From Octopus bimaculoides (taxonomy: Eukaryota): a DNA stretch of 64,000 bases. The stretch spans positions 8,126,207 through 8,190,206 of the forward strand of contig NC_068991.1 of assembly GCF_001194135.2 (NCBI RefSeq). Direction: 5' to 3'. Positions within the stretch are counted from its first letter, which is position 1. Every line of letters begins with the position of its first letter. The position numbers were made by a program, and so were the translations under genes. The notes under the pieces are model-generated. The model was not told where the DNA came from, searched no databases, and saw only the letters and a program-made list of their open reading frames with translations. This document shows positions 39,821 to 52,466 of this stretch, one piece after another.

Positions 39821-42249
39821 TTAAATGCCAAAGCATCACCATTGCTGATGACTTACAAACAAGTCTACAGATGAGATATAAGAAAGGATTGTTGTACAAA
39901 GTGACCAGCATGCTAGTTCAAGACTTTGCCTTTGCTCTTAGTTCTTGAAGATGATCCAAACAGCTTAGTTCGTAATTCTTTACAGTTTTATATATAGCAA
40001 CTTAGCCTCCATTTGTTGTGATTCAATATCTATATATAGTCTTATGTTCTGTTATTTCTGCCTACTCACTGCTACAATGATTGTAAATGTTACAAAGCTT
40101 TCTTCCTTGTTTAATATTATTTAGGAGGCATTCCTTTAGAAAACATGTGTTTAGCGATCAGTAGTAGTAATGTAGAACTTCCTGTACTTCTTAGCTGCAT
40201 CATTAAATTTATTCTTGTTTCCCATTATTTTTCTCTTCCTGTCCACCATTGCTTTGTTTGTCAGTTTCTTGTCACCCCACAAGATGCAGTTTCCTTTCAC
40301 ACTGTTTTAATTTCTTGTTCCAAATTCACTCGTTAAAAATATTTAAACTCAGCCCAGCTTTTCTTGGTGAAAAACAACCACATTTGGTTGGTGCAGGCAT
40401 GGCTCTGTGGTTAAGGAGTTATGGAAACAAAACATTTGTACTACAGAACCAGAGGCTGTTTCAGCTGAGTTGGTATCGAAAGGGTTAAGCCATGCCCCTT
40501 CACACAATACAAAATAACAGAATGACAGTATAAAGAAATATTTCACAGTACTTGTCAATTGATAGAAAAGTAGGCTCATTAGAACCAGTGATGAAAATTA
40601 CAGGGTCTTTAAATAATGTCGGGTGGATTGAGTGCAAATAGTGTCAACTAAACCAGCTTATGGAGGATTCTTCATAAATTGTATTATTTGTCATTAATTA
40701 TAATTATATTGTCTTTATTTGAATTGAAACTGTAACTTGTAAAAAACAAATAAGAAAAGGATGATCACAAAATGCTTTCATTCTAGGGAGGGCTCAGTGA
40801 TAACAGAGGAGTGAAAAATGTTATTGGTAGATGAAGGAATATCGGCTTCTGTGTAGAAAGAAAGAGAAGCAAACTGAATGTGTGTCCTCCCAAGGTCATG
40901 GAGAAAGGCAGTTAGTAAATTTGACAGTTGGAGAGAGAGAGTGTGTGTGTGTTTTAGCAATAGTATTTAAGAGTTGATGTGTGAGTGGAATGGAAGTAGA
41001 TGGGAATATAAATGTGAAAGGATGGGGAAATAAATGAATGAATAGTTCTTAAGTAGATAATAATTATTATCATTCATTATCCAGTAATTAATTAATATTG
41101 AACCATAGATCAGGAAGTACCTTTATATATTTATTTTAAGTTAATGAATGAATTATTGTGATAGAATTAAATCAGAGTTAATTATCATAAGTTAATGAAC
41201 ACATGAACAATTACGCCATTAAATATTTAAATTGGGAAATTTTTGTTAATAATTATTAATACATAAGTAAATAAATAAAATATAGGGTATGTAGAAACAA
41301 TTAAGTAAATCAGGAATAATGCTTAATTAGTTGATTATTAATAATTAGACTGGCACATATATGGGTGTGTGGATAAAGAAGTTTACTTCACAATCACCTA
41401 ATTTTGAGTTCAATTCCACTGTGCAGTACATTGGGTAATTGTTGTCTACTAAATCCCTGAGACAACTAATGCCTTGTAAGTGAATTTGGTTTCCAAATTT
41501 TCCACCATACTGGTTGGCCTGGGGCTATAGCAGAGGACATTTGTCCAGGATGCCACACAGTGGGACTGAACTCAAGAACATATGAATGGGAAGCAAGCTT
41601 CTCAACCACACAGACATACTTTTAACTTCATATTATATTTTTATCTTCAGGACTCTTGTTTCTCAGATTGCATTGTGTAATGTTTTGGCCCTGACATTAT
41701 GCCTCCTACTCAGATATATTCATATTTCCAAACAGCTGCTTATGAAGTAGACAACATTTTAAATGTTTATTCCATACCCGTCTGCACTTTAGATGCTTTC
41801 CTTGTATCCTTATCTTGTTTACACATCACGTATTTTGCTGTTGTTTACTATTTCTGGATGGCAAAGCATACTCATCGAAATGCGAATTTATATATTGGCT
41901 GCTGGTCCAAAACATATTACTTCTTGATATCTATGTTACTGTGATTGAAATACCCTTCCTAACGCCAACCACTCCGAGAGTGTAGTGGGTGCTTTTACGT
42001 CCCACCAGCACGAGGGCCAGTCAGGCGGTACTGGCAACGGCCATGCTCAAATGGTGTTTTGACGTGTCACCTGCACAGGAGCCAGTCCAGCGGCACTGGC
42101 AACGCCCTCACTCGAATGTTGTTTTCCACGTACCACCGGCACAAGTTTTTCTAAGCCCTGTAAAAGAACTCGGAAGGTTGGACCTCCAGCCAGGCCTTTT
42201 GTGATACCCTTAAAGCCAGGAACTTTTCAGCTCTCCCTCATATGTGTTA

Positions 42250-43000
42250 TCTGAATGGTATATATTCCCTAGATGAAGTTTCCTTGTTAAAAGTTCCATC
42301 ATGGAATATATTTTTATCGATCCCAAAGTGCGTGTGGCATTCCTCATCAGATGACTGAGAAATAGTCAAGCCATTGATAAAAATGTAGCTTGACTGGCTT
42401 GTACTTTCACTAACTTTAAAATCATGTAAGACCATTTATCAAGGCCAAACTCCATCTTTGTTTTCTTTGAGAATGTCAGAGTGCGTCTTCCTGCCATTCA
42501 TATTCTTGGCATATATTTTCAGGTCATTCACAGAGAAGTTCTATATTAGCTTGGCGTTTCATACCCTCTTTGTGAACCATTTATCTACATGACCTTCAGA
42601 TTTCCAAAAGGACAATGGATGTTATTGTAACTGTAAACAGCAACATATGAAGGTTGTTAACTTGCAGTGTTCCCCTGTAATACTGTGTCCTATCAATGAC
42701 AAGACAATCACTTTTTGTATTTAACTTCAGGATGGTGGCCTAGGAGGAATCCGGGTTGTCTGTAACTCTGGTCATGGTCCTAGCAAGTTAAAAGGCCAAG
42801 CATCCATGGAAAGAGAACAGAATTAAAGGTTTCCATACAATACAGAGTGTAACCAAGTTTCTGCCAATAAATTTTGTCCAGCCACCTATTTGATAGTAAG
42901 GTTATAAAGGAAAGCGTATTTTGTTCATCGTCCTTCAAATCCTAAGACTATCTTGCAAATTTTTATAGTCCCAGATATCACTATCGTTTGTAGTGTATGA
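42250..43000 (-). pseudogene. Decayed early-branching (R4/NeSL-like) non-LTR RT fragment
   Basis: Minus strand gives LLSVNDLKIYAKN (cf. LLYMDDLKLYAK) and MEFGLDKW (cf. GMEFGLDKC) in the expected order and spacing; many stops. Confidence 0.6.
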
Positions 43001-43095
43001 ATTCAGGATTTGAGTTCTCTCCCCATGAACCCAAGTGCAGCTATACTTTGCTATGTATGTATGTATATACATATAATGGGCTACTTTCAGTTTCT

Positions 43096-43322
43096 TGTTT
43101 CTTTATTGCCCGCAAGGGGCTACCCACAGAGGGGAAAAACAAGGACAGACAGACTGATTAAGTCAATTACATCGACGCCAGTGCGTAACTGGTACTTAAT
43201 TTATCGACCCTGAAAGGATGAAAGGTGAAGTTGACCTCAGAAGTTGAACTCAGAACGTAATGGCAGACGAAATACCGCTAAGCATTTCGTCCGGCATGCT
43301 AACGTTTCTGCCAGCTCGCTGC
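43096..43322 (-). mobile_element. SINE family B inserted into a family A SINE
   Basis: 12-bp duplication ctttcagtttct at 43084-43095 and 43323-43334; the host family A sequence continues on both sides. Confidence 0.85.
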
Positions 43323-44242
43323 CTTTCAGTTTCTGTCTACCACATACACTTGTCCAGTGCCATATGGTAGGATTGAACATGAAACTAGATGGTTGGAAAA
43401 CAGACTTAACCACACATCCATGCCTCTGACTACAGGCACAGTAAAGCATCCTGTCCAATGCTTTTCCAATTCTGTCAAATCTACTGCTTTGGACTGGGCT
43501 GGACTAGGCTGAACTGGTACTTTATCAAACCCTGAAAAGCAAAGTGAACTTTGACAAGATTTGAACTCATAATGCAGAGAGCCAGAACAAATACTGCAAG
43601 ACATTCTATCAAATGCTTTTCTAACAGCTCTGCCAATTAACTGCCTTCAACAATATACTAACTATATAAATAACCATTTTACATTCTTCACCCTTAACAT
43701 TTAATGTTTTCAGCTTTTTTTCTGACATCATGAGCAGAGAAACTGAAAAATAAAAAAAGGAAAGAAATAGAAATCTCTTTGGGTAATTGCCATAAGGTCA
43801 TGTCTATAACCTTTATGCCTAAGTGTGTAACCATGGTGTTACAGATGTGAGCTGAAAAAGCACCATGATCCTGGTTTAAAAACTACGTTATCCATATATA
43901 ATGTCTACAGTTACTACCAGTATTAACGATGCCACTACTACTTCGTGGTACCATTAATGATGACAATCATAGTAAAACTAGCTCCTTTATATTGAGAATG
44001 TTCACCCATCCTATTCCAAACGAAAATTCTTTAATCCAAATTTTCAGTTGAACATTTTTTGTTGTTTTTCTTTTCTTTTTTCTTTCTTTCTCTTTCTAAC
44101 CATAATTTCTTTTGCACTTCCTTCCTTATTTTTCTGAACCTAGACTGATTTTTTTTTTTTTTTTTTTGCCTCCTTCTTATAAACTGTCAAGAGGCAGTAT
44201 GATATTTCCATGCAGCTAATCTATATGTATATGTCACACACA

Positions 44243-44301
<59 letters not shown>

Positions 44302-45166
44302 CCTCTCCTGTTGGGTGAGTTCTTGAAACTGGATGATGTGGAGCATGCAAAATTTAACACAGAATATCCATCTAATTTCATACCAGCTTATGACAGAGCT
44401 TCTAGAACAGATAAGAAGTCACTCAGCTTGCTAGAAATGGCAGCAAAATTTTCCTCAAATCACACCTAACTCTTCAAAAAATAAAAAAACGAATATAATA
44501 CTATTTTCCATCTTTTACCTATTACTTGTTTCATTTATGAGTCTGTGACTATGCTGGGGCACCACCTTGAAAAATTTTAGTCAAACAAATCAATTCCAGT
44601 ACTTTTTTTTTTTAAGCCTGCTACTTATTCTATTAGACTCTTTTGCCAAACCGCTAAGTTAAGGGGATATGGACACACTAACACTGATTATTCAAGTGGT
44701 GGCGGAGGGACAAAGACACACGCACATGCGTACGACAGGCTTCTTTCAGTTTCTGTCACCTAAATCCACTCACAAGGCTTTGGTTGGCCCGTGGCTGTAG
44801 TAGTATATTAGTTTCAAATTTTGGCACAAGGCCAGCAATTATTTTCCTGCAGGTGGGTAGCGAGTGGGGTAAGGCAATTACATCACCCCCACCCACTCCT
44901 GGTATTTCATTTATCGACCACAAGAGAATGAACTCGGAATGTAAGGATGGACAACATGTCACTAAGCATTTGGCCCAACCAGCTGACAGTTCTGCCATCT
45001 CTCCACCTTAACCTGTCACTAACATTGCCTTCAGCAAAGGCACTGGCTTCTTATTGGACCCTACCTTCATGCCCTTTATGGAAAGCCTTGCATTTCATTT
45101 CAATGCTTCTTATACATTTAATAGTAAATTCGGTTATTCCGTATATATGTGTGGGTATATTTGTTA

Positions 45167-45199
<33 letters not shown>

Positions 45200-45531
45200 T
45201 AGTACAGTTTAAACTTTTTAATTTGGAACATTGCATAGGGAATATGAATATACATATTCCCTTATANNNNNNNNNNNNNNNNNNNNNNNNNNNNNNNNNN
45301 NNNNNNNNNNNNNNNNNNNNNNNNNNNNNNNNNNNNNNNNNNNNNNNNNNNNNNNNNNNNNNNNNNNNNNNNNNNNNNNNNNNNNNNNNNNNNNNNNNNN
45401 NNNNNNNNNNNNNNNNNNNNNNNNNNNNNNNNNNNNNNNNNTATATATATATATATATATATATATATTGTCTATATATTGTCTATATATATTGTCTATA
45501 TATATATATATATATTGTCTATATATATATA

Positions 45532-45564
<33 letters not shown>

Positions 45565-45678
45565 GATGTGTATGTATATATACACACACATACATGGGAA
45601 GATATTTATATATATCTTCTCATGTATTAGTTCAAGTTAAATATTTTAGAAATCTACTATTACTGCTACTACAGGCAT

Positions 45679-45733
<55 letters not shown>

Positions 45734-45868
45734 AACATTTTGATAATGTCCTTTAGATGAGTTCTTATTTTGAGAAACTTATTTGGACATTACTTTGATT
45801 TATGTCCAAATTCTAAAAGTATCCAGGCTGTATGATATATAATGTATATATCTGTATGTGTGTATGTG

Positions 45869-45903
<35 letters not shown>

Positions 45904-47355
45904 ATTCATGCACCACACACTTTCAGCTTGTATGAACATATAAGATATAAGCATTCCTGAGGTTGAGGGTCTGCTCACTAAAATATTCTAGAAAACACTT
46001 AAGAAACTGTGTGGCATTGCTGCGAGTGGAATGTCTGACTGAAACAATTTCTGTATGGCTGAGAACTTAGAAAATTATCCTAACATTTTATGTTACTTTT
46101 TAAAATTTTTATTATTATTTATTTATATTTGTTTTTTAGTGATCTTTTTTTTTTATGCACTTCGACTTTGCTTTGCTGTTTATTATTTTTGTTTGTTTGT
46201 TTGTTGGCAATGACTGTTCGTTACGTTTGATACATTTTTGTGTCTGTGATGGACTGGATTCTGACACCGGCAGTCCTGACTGACTACCTCCTACCAAATT
46301 TGGTGATTGGTTCCAGAATATATGAGGGGTGATAAGTAAACAATGAAGGTGGCATGGGATGGAAGTGGCGAAGGCAGGCGATGGTGGCAATTATTATGTG
46401 GGGGTGGGGGTGATGGTGGTGGGGATAATAAAGTTGGTGATGATTATGGTGTTGGTGGTGGTGGTGATATTGATGATTGTGGTCATGATGATGATGATGA
46501 AGATGATGGCAACAATGATAGTGATGANNNNNNNNNNNNNNNNNNNNNNNNNNNNNNNNNNNNNNNNNNNNNNNNNNNNNNNNNNNNNNNNNNNNNNNNN
46601 NNNNNNNNNNNNNNNNNNNNNNNNNNNNNNNNNNNNNNNNNNNNNNNNNNNNNNNNNNNNNNNNNNNNNNNNNNNNNNNNNNNNNNNNNNNNNNNNNNNN
46701 NNNNNNNNNNNNNNNNNNNNNNNNNNNNNNNNNNNNNNNNNNNNNNNNNNNNNNNNNNNNNNNNNNNNNNNNNNNNNNNNNNNNNNNNNNNNNNNNNNNN
46801 NNNNNNNNNNNNNNNNNNNNNNNNNNNNNNNNNNNNNNNNNNNNNNNNNNNNNNNNNNNNNNNNNNNNNNNNNNNNNNNNNNNNNNNNNNNNNNNNNNNN
46901 NNNNNNNNNNNNNNNNNNNNNNNNNNNNNNNNNNNTTCTTTTCCTTTACTGAAATTAAACAGGCATTAGTTCTGTGTGTGTGTATGTATGTATGTGTGTA
47001 TTCAGCGTGGGGTGGCTTTTGTGGAAGTGCTTGGTTTTTTTTCCATGGTTTATCTTTTATTTTAATTTTTTTTTTTTTTTTAGTTTTTACATGTTTCGGT
47101 CGTTGGACTACTGCCATGCTGGGGCACCATCTTGAAAGGATTAATTGAACAAATTGGCACCGGTGCTTATTTTAAAAAGCCTGGTTTGTTCCTATTTTGT
47201 CAGTCTCTTGCCAAGCTAATTTACAGGGATGTAAGCAAACCAACACTGGTTGGCAAGCAGTGGTAGTACCACTCATGTTTACACAACCTTACTGCGAATC
47301 TGGATTTTTGTTTTTATATATAGGATTACATACTCAATAAGGGCCTGGTCAACAG

Positions 47356-47707
47356 CATTATTTACATTTGACAGATATTTGTCCTCATCTTGTTTGTTGT
47401 TAACACAATGTTTCAGCCGATATACCCTCCAGCCTTCATCAGGTGTCCTGGGGGAATTTCGAACCTGGGTTCTCATTCCTAAGGTATTTTTCCGATGTTA
47501 TTATTCAGCGCACTGCCTGGAATCGAACTCGGAATCTTGAGCCCAGTTCGATTCCAGGCAATGACCTGAATAATAATAATGATATTGGAAAAATACCTTA
47601 GGAATGAGAACCCAGGTTCAAAATTCCCCCCAGGATACCTGGTGAAGGCTGGAGAGTACATCGGCTGAAATGTGTTAGCAACAAATATCCGTCAAATGTA
47701 AATAATG
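47356..47707. mobile_element. Penelope-like element ends in inverted arrangement around a central hairpin
   Basis: 47356-~47505 and ~47570-47707 are reverse complements. The centre tgcctggaatcgaact...agttcgattccaggca is itself a hairpin. Each arm carries a CTG(A/G)TGA...GAAA hammerhead-like core, as described for Penelope-like elements. Confidence 0.6.
47403..47446 (-). ncRNA. Degenerate minimal type I hammerhead ribozyme motif
   Basis: Minus strand reads ACAC-CUGAUGA-A-GGCUG(gaggguauau)CGGCU-GAAA-CAUU-GUGU. Stem I ACAC/GUGU and the core are intact; the self-complementary AACGUU stem III appears mutated to AACAUU. Confidence 0.55.
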
Positions 47708-48461
47708 TAATCAAGACACAATTGTTGCAAGTTGTCCTTGACCTTATGTCAATTTTGAATCACTGAAACAACAATATAGTTACATTTTTCTCCCCTGCTG
47801 TAAGACTTCCTGTTGTACACACATCTGTTCACCTTAGCTGCTCATTGGTTGAAATTGTGTTCTCTGAAAAAAACTCCTGGTTGATCTCTGTCAACCCGAT
47901 TTTGTGAATATTGTAATTTTATTTTTTTATTTTTTGCTTTCTGATATTGTTATTCGTTCCTTCAATGTACCAAAACAAGATGTCATCTAGTTATCAGCAT
48001 GTAATGTTTAGGTGTTGGAAAGAAATGTTTGAATAAAGCAGTGATATTTAAGTGTCAAGAGGTATAAGTAATATTTATACATTACACAACAATATTTAGC
48101 TAACAGGAGTAACATTTTTAATCACACACAGACAAAAGCATTTGAAACCAAAATGGCATATCAAGTTTAATGTCACATTAATAAACATTTTGCCAGTTAT
48201 TCAACATCAAACCACAAGATGACACAGCAAATAAAAGAGTAAAACAGTAAAATAGCTAAATGGCTTGCTAAGTTTTCTCTCTCCACCAGTCATTACCATT
48301 AAGATATGATCAAACTGATTTCAAAGACACTGGTGGTAGTCTGCTTCGGCAAGGCTTGTGTTATTTAGTAAAATGAACAAAAGGATTTCAGTGAACTTGC
48401 CATGGAGAATGGGAAATTCAATGTTTCAGACAAAGTTAGTCTTCAGGAATGAAATTATAGA

Positions 48462-48877
48462 GGCACAGGAGTGGCTGTGTGGTAAGTAGCTTGCTTACCA
48501 ACCACATGGTTCCGGGTTCAGTCCCACTGCGTGGCATCTTGGGCAAGTCTCTTCTACTATAGCCTCAGGCTGACCAAAGCCTTGTGAGTGGATTTGGTAG
48601 ACGGAAACTGAAAGAAGCCCGTCATATATATGTATGTATATATATATGTATATATATATATGTGTTTGTGTGTCTGTGTTTGTCCCCCTAGCATTGCTTG
48701 ACAACTGATGCTGGTGTGTTTACGTCCTCGTAACTAGCGGTTCAGCAAAAAGAGGCCAATAGAATAAGTACTTGGCTTACAAAGAATAAGTCCTGGGGGT
48801 CAATTTGCTCAACTAAAGGCGGTGCTCCAGCATGGCCGCAGTCAAATGACTGAAACAAGTAAAAGAGTAAAAAGAGT
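48462..48877 (+). mobile_element. SINE family A, full length
   Basis: Highly similar to 16454-16814 and 22132-22545; AAAAGAGT tail repeats. Confidence 0.85.
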
Positions 48878-49243
48878 ATATACCAAAAGCCATCAAAACT
48901 CTCAGATTCATGTTGCTTTGAATAGTTTAATGTATATATCTTGTTTTTTAAGTATTTTCCCTTTATTCAGAAACAGTTTTTGAATTCCTACCCATGCTTT
49001 AATACATATTTTTTTAATTATTTGTAATGAGTCTCTTCATATTTTTTTTTTAATTTTATTTCAGAAACCAGATGTGACCCTAACTTCAACGGTAAGTTTT
49101 TATTTTATTACTTTTTCTTTTACTCTTGTATACTACATACACTTTCAACTTTTTATCATTTCGTTTCATGTAAAACCCAACATGTCGTTGTATTGTCACC
49201 CTCATCCTTTGCCCTGGCGACAAATAAAAGAAATCATTATTAT

Positions 49244-49593
49244 TATTACCTTCGTTAAGGCAGAGGTGTTTGTTTGTTTGTCCATGGACAAGATATTTCA
49301 AGAACCACTGAATGGATTCAGATGAAACTTTCAGGGATATTTGGTCTTGTGACTGACAAGAACTGATTAGATTTAGGGATCGATCCAGTACCGGACAAGG
49401 ATTCTGGATTTTTTTCCCCCTGATTTTTTACTTAATTTTTGAGAGCGGTTGGGTTTATTTTTAGTATTCTTGTTCGTCTGTGAGAGCATTCAAGTTTATT
49501 TCAGATACTCACATTTTAAAAATCCTCTATGGCTAATCATTGAGAGGACATTGGTGTTGCCTTGACGGGATTTGTGCTCTCTGAGTGCTCTTG

Positions 49594-49595
<2 letters not shown>
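49244..49595 (+). mobile_element. Non-autonomous Helentron-like (HINE/DINE-1-type) element
   Basis: Homologous to the reverse complement of 27266-27614; 3' hairpin gtgctc-tct-gagtgc followed by T-rich end. The subterminal inverted motif is clearer in the other copy. Confidence 0.5.
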
Positions 49596-49625
<30 letters not shown>

Positions 49626-49777
49626 TGTGGCTATGAGGTTAAGAAGCTTGCTTTGCAGACACATGGTTTCGAGTTCAGGCCCACTGTATAACATGTTGAG
49701 CAAAGTGTCTTCTACTATAGCCCTAGGTTGACCAGTGCCTTGTGAATGAATCTTGTAGACGGAAACTGTGTGGAAGC

Positions 49778-50052
49778 GATACAGCAAATGATTGTTATCT
49801 GGAGTCGATCTGAATACTCTAAAGGCGGGCGGGCTGGCAGAAACGTTAGCATGCCGGGCAAAATGCTTAGCGGTATTTCATCTGCCGTTACGTTCTGAGT
49901 TCAAATTCCACTGAGGTCTACTTTGCCTTTCATCCTTTCGGGGTCTATTAAATAAGTACCAGTTATGCACTGGGGGTCAATATAATCGACTTAATCTGTT
50001 TGTCTGTCCTTGTTTGTCCCCTCTGTGTGTAGCCCCTTGTGGGCAGTAAATA
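49778..50052 (+). mobile_element. SINE family B with 46-nt 5' leader, inserted into a family A-type SINE
   Basis: 17-bp duplication ggaaactgtgtggaagc at 49761-49777 and 50053-50069; the SINE head begins at 49824. Confidence 0.85.
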
Positions 50053-50541
50053 GGAAACTGTGTGGAAGCCTATCATGTGTGAAATATCTTTGTGTTTGTC
50101 CCCCACAACCCACTTGACAACTGGTATTGGTATGTTCATGTTACTGTAGTTTAGTGGTTTAGCAAAAGATACTGATAGAATAAGTACCCCCAAAAATGAA
50201 GTACTGGGGGTGATTTGTTCGACTAAACTCTTAAAGGTGGTGCCCCAGCATGGCCAAAGCCCAATAACTGAAATAAGTAAACGATAAAAGAATTCATATC
50301 TGTTTTCTCATACTGTAATTAAACCTGGCCATAAAACATTTTTCTAACTTCATAAAAAACGAAAAACACATCCACTTATCTCACGTTTTGAAGTGTTTCT
50401 ATTGCTGAATATTACTATTGTTCTGCTGAATGGTAAGTGCTATCTTTCAAGCTATGACTAAACACTTACATATTTGTTGGGTTTCCAAAAACAGCAGTGT
50501 AATTAATTTAGCAAACACATGCCTCTAATGTGCAGGACGTT

Positions 50542-50935
50542 GACAGTTTTTTTGTTCATATGCAAGGGTGCTATACTATAATAGAGTATTCTGCATAATT
50601 GATATCCCAGCATACATGCCTGTGAAATGGAGCTGTCAAATCCAATATGACTTCTGATGACTCTGTGCAGTAAGGCTTACTTAACATATACCAGATGTAG
50701 TTTTTGACTCTAGAGTTCTATTTTTTACTATTGGTGTGGAGGATATTGACAGGTTTGTTTATAAATGCAAAGGGGGCTATACTATGATAGAGTATTCTAC
50801 ATAATCGATATAACAGAATAAGTGGCTATGGAATGGAGCTGTCAATATGACTTCTGGTGGTTTTATGAAGCAAGGCTTTCCTACATATTACAGAGCTAGT
50901 TTTACCTCTAGAGTTTTATTTTTCACTATTCGTGT
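50542..50935. repeat. Diverged direct tandem duplication, 206-bp period, two units
   Basis: gacag..gctatactat.atagagtattct.cataat.gatat..atggagctgtcaa..atatgacttctg.tg..ctctagagtt.tatttt..actatt.gtgt starts at both 50542 and 50748. Confidence 0.85.
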
Positions 50936-51088
50936 AATATAGCTTAAAATAGCTATCTGTGTATCATACTTAATGCAAATACGTCATGGAAAGCCAACTT
51001 AGCTGCAGTATTTGTCACCAGCTAATTGCAGTGCCAGTGATTTTGCAATCACTGTCTTCCTACAGTGATGATGGATTTTGTTTTAACA

Positions 51089-51171
51089 TGGAGCCTGGTG
51101 TTGCCATCCGGTTTCACCAGTCCTCAGTCAAATCGTCCAACCCATGCTAGCATGGAAAGCGGACGTTAAAC

Positions 51172-51202
<31 letters not shown>
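51089..51202 (+). mobile_element. Family C retroposon, 5'-truncated young copy
   Basis: Near-identical to 1531-1630 and to the reverse complement of 52467-52567; long (GAT)n tail. Confidence 0.85.
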
Positions 51203-51496
51203 CAATTGCCAGTGCAATGCTTGGAGTAGGTCTGTTCGCTCAGGCCATTTTTGCTAGGTCTCACAAAGTCTCTTTCCGCACATTATAAACTTTGATACTT
51301 GGTTGTTAATTATCATGGGAGACATTCAACATTCAAGTAACCCTCTCAAAATCCTAGCTGTCCCCAACAGAGCAGTTTTTTAATTTTCCCGCTTGGTAAA
51401 TATTATCAGGGGACATTTCTATAATTTTAGAAATTGCCATATATTTTAATTCTATGTTGTTTGTTAAAAGCATAAAAATTTTTTTTTTATATTCAG

Positions 51497-51554
51497 CTGT
51501 TAAAGCCGATTCTGTGGAACCGGTTTCTCCAGAAAACCAACAAAGGAGAGACAG
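51497..51554 (+). CDS. 58-nt coding exon ((A)VKADSVEPVSPENQQRRD(S)) of the same gene
   Basis: Acceptor ttttttttatattcAG ends at 51496; donor CAG|GTAAGC at 51555. Phase 1 in, phase 2 out: AG plus C54120 gives AGC (Ser), in frame with the large exon. Confidence 0.75.
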
Positions 51555-52079
51555 GTAAGCTTTTTCTTTAAAATACCATTATATACAAATAGGTTTCATG
51601 TGGTTAGATTTTTTTCACTCACTGCATTTCCCTCATCCCCATCACTGTTCATCTAGTACCTTTATTCACCTCCCTGTAACTTAAGGGTACACATTCACAT
51701 ATAATCTTCACCGTTCTCTTTTTTTCCCCATGTGCAATAACCATATATCTCCCTCCTACAGCAAGACACCTGTTCCTGTTCCTCTATCATATTTTAACCT
51801 CTCATCACCTGTCATAAAGCCACCTTCCTCAATATCACTCCCCTCTCGGTCAAGGAGTCTTCTCTTGTGAGTAACTTGGGGACCTCACTAATGTCGGCGC
51901 CACGTAAAATCACTGCGAAGTGGTTGGCATTAGGAATGGCATCAAGCTATAGAAACCATGCCAAAGCAGACATTGGTGCTTGGCACACTCCTCTGGCTCA
52001 CCAGCTCCTGTCAAACCATCCAACCCATTCCAGCATGGAAAAAAGGGATGCTAAATAATGGTGATGACAACAATGACCA

Positions 52080-52111
<32 letters not shown>

Positions 52112-52466
52112 TTTATTACGAAGACAGGGAACTAGTTGAATCATTAGCATACTGGACACAATGCTGGACGTTTCGTCTGTTCTCAGCTTCTTTACATTCT
52201 GCATTCAAAATCTGCTGAGGTCAGCTTTGCCTCTCGTCGATGATTTACTGCTCAATGGCGGTTTACAATTACACAATGTGAAAGCAAGGAGACATATTCT
52301 TGCACACACTCATGCAAGTGTATGTGTGTGTGTGTGTGCAGTTTGTCCGTCGATGCGACGAAGACCATCTAGTCATCGACCCCAGTGCGTAACTGGTACT
52401 TATTTTATCGACCCCGAAAGGATGAAAGGCAAGCGCCTATGATGGTGATATATTGTACATATATAT

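Noticed and set aside
42335-42360. CTGATGA on the minus strand as a third hammerhead
   Set aside because: No stem II followed by GAAA, and it lies within the decayed R4/NeSL-like RT region.
50394-50432. Possible 39-nt cassette exon ending at a GTAAGT donor (50433)
   Set aside because: Weak acceptor, no ATG in the compatible frame, low-information peptide; unsupported without reads.
50650-50680. CTGATGA on the + strand in the tandem duplication as a hammerhead core
   Set aside because: No downstream GAAA or stems, and the motif is not kept in the second unit.
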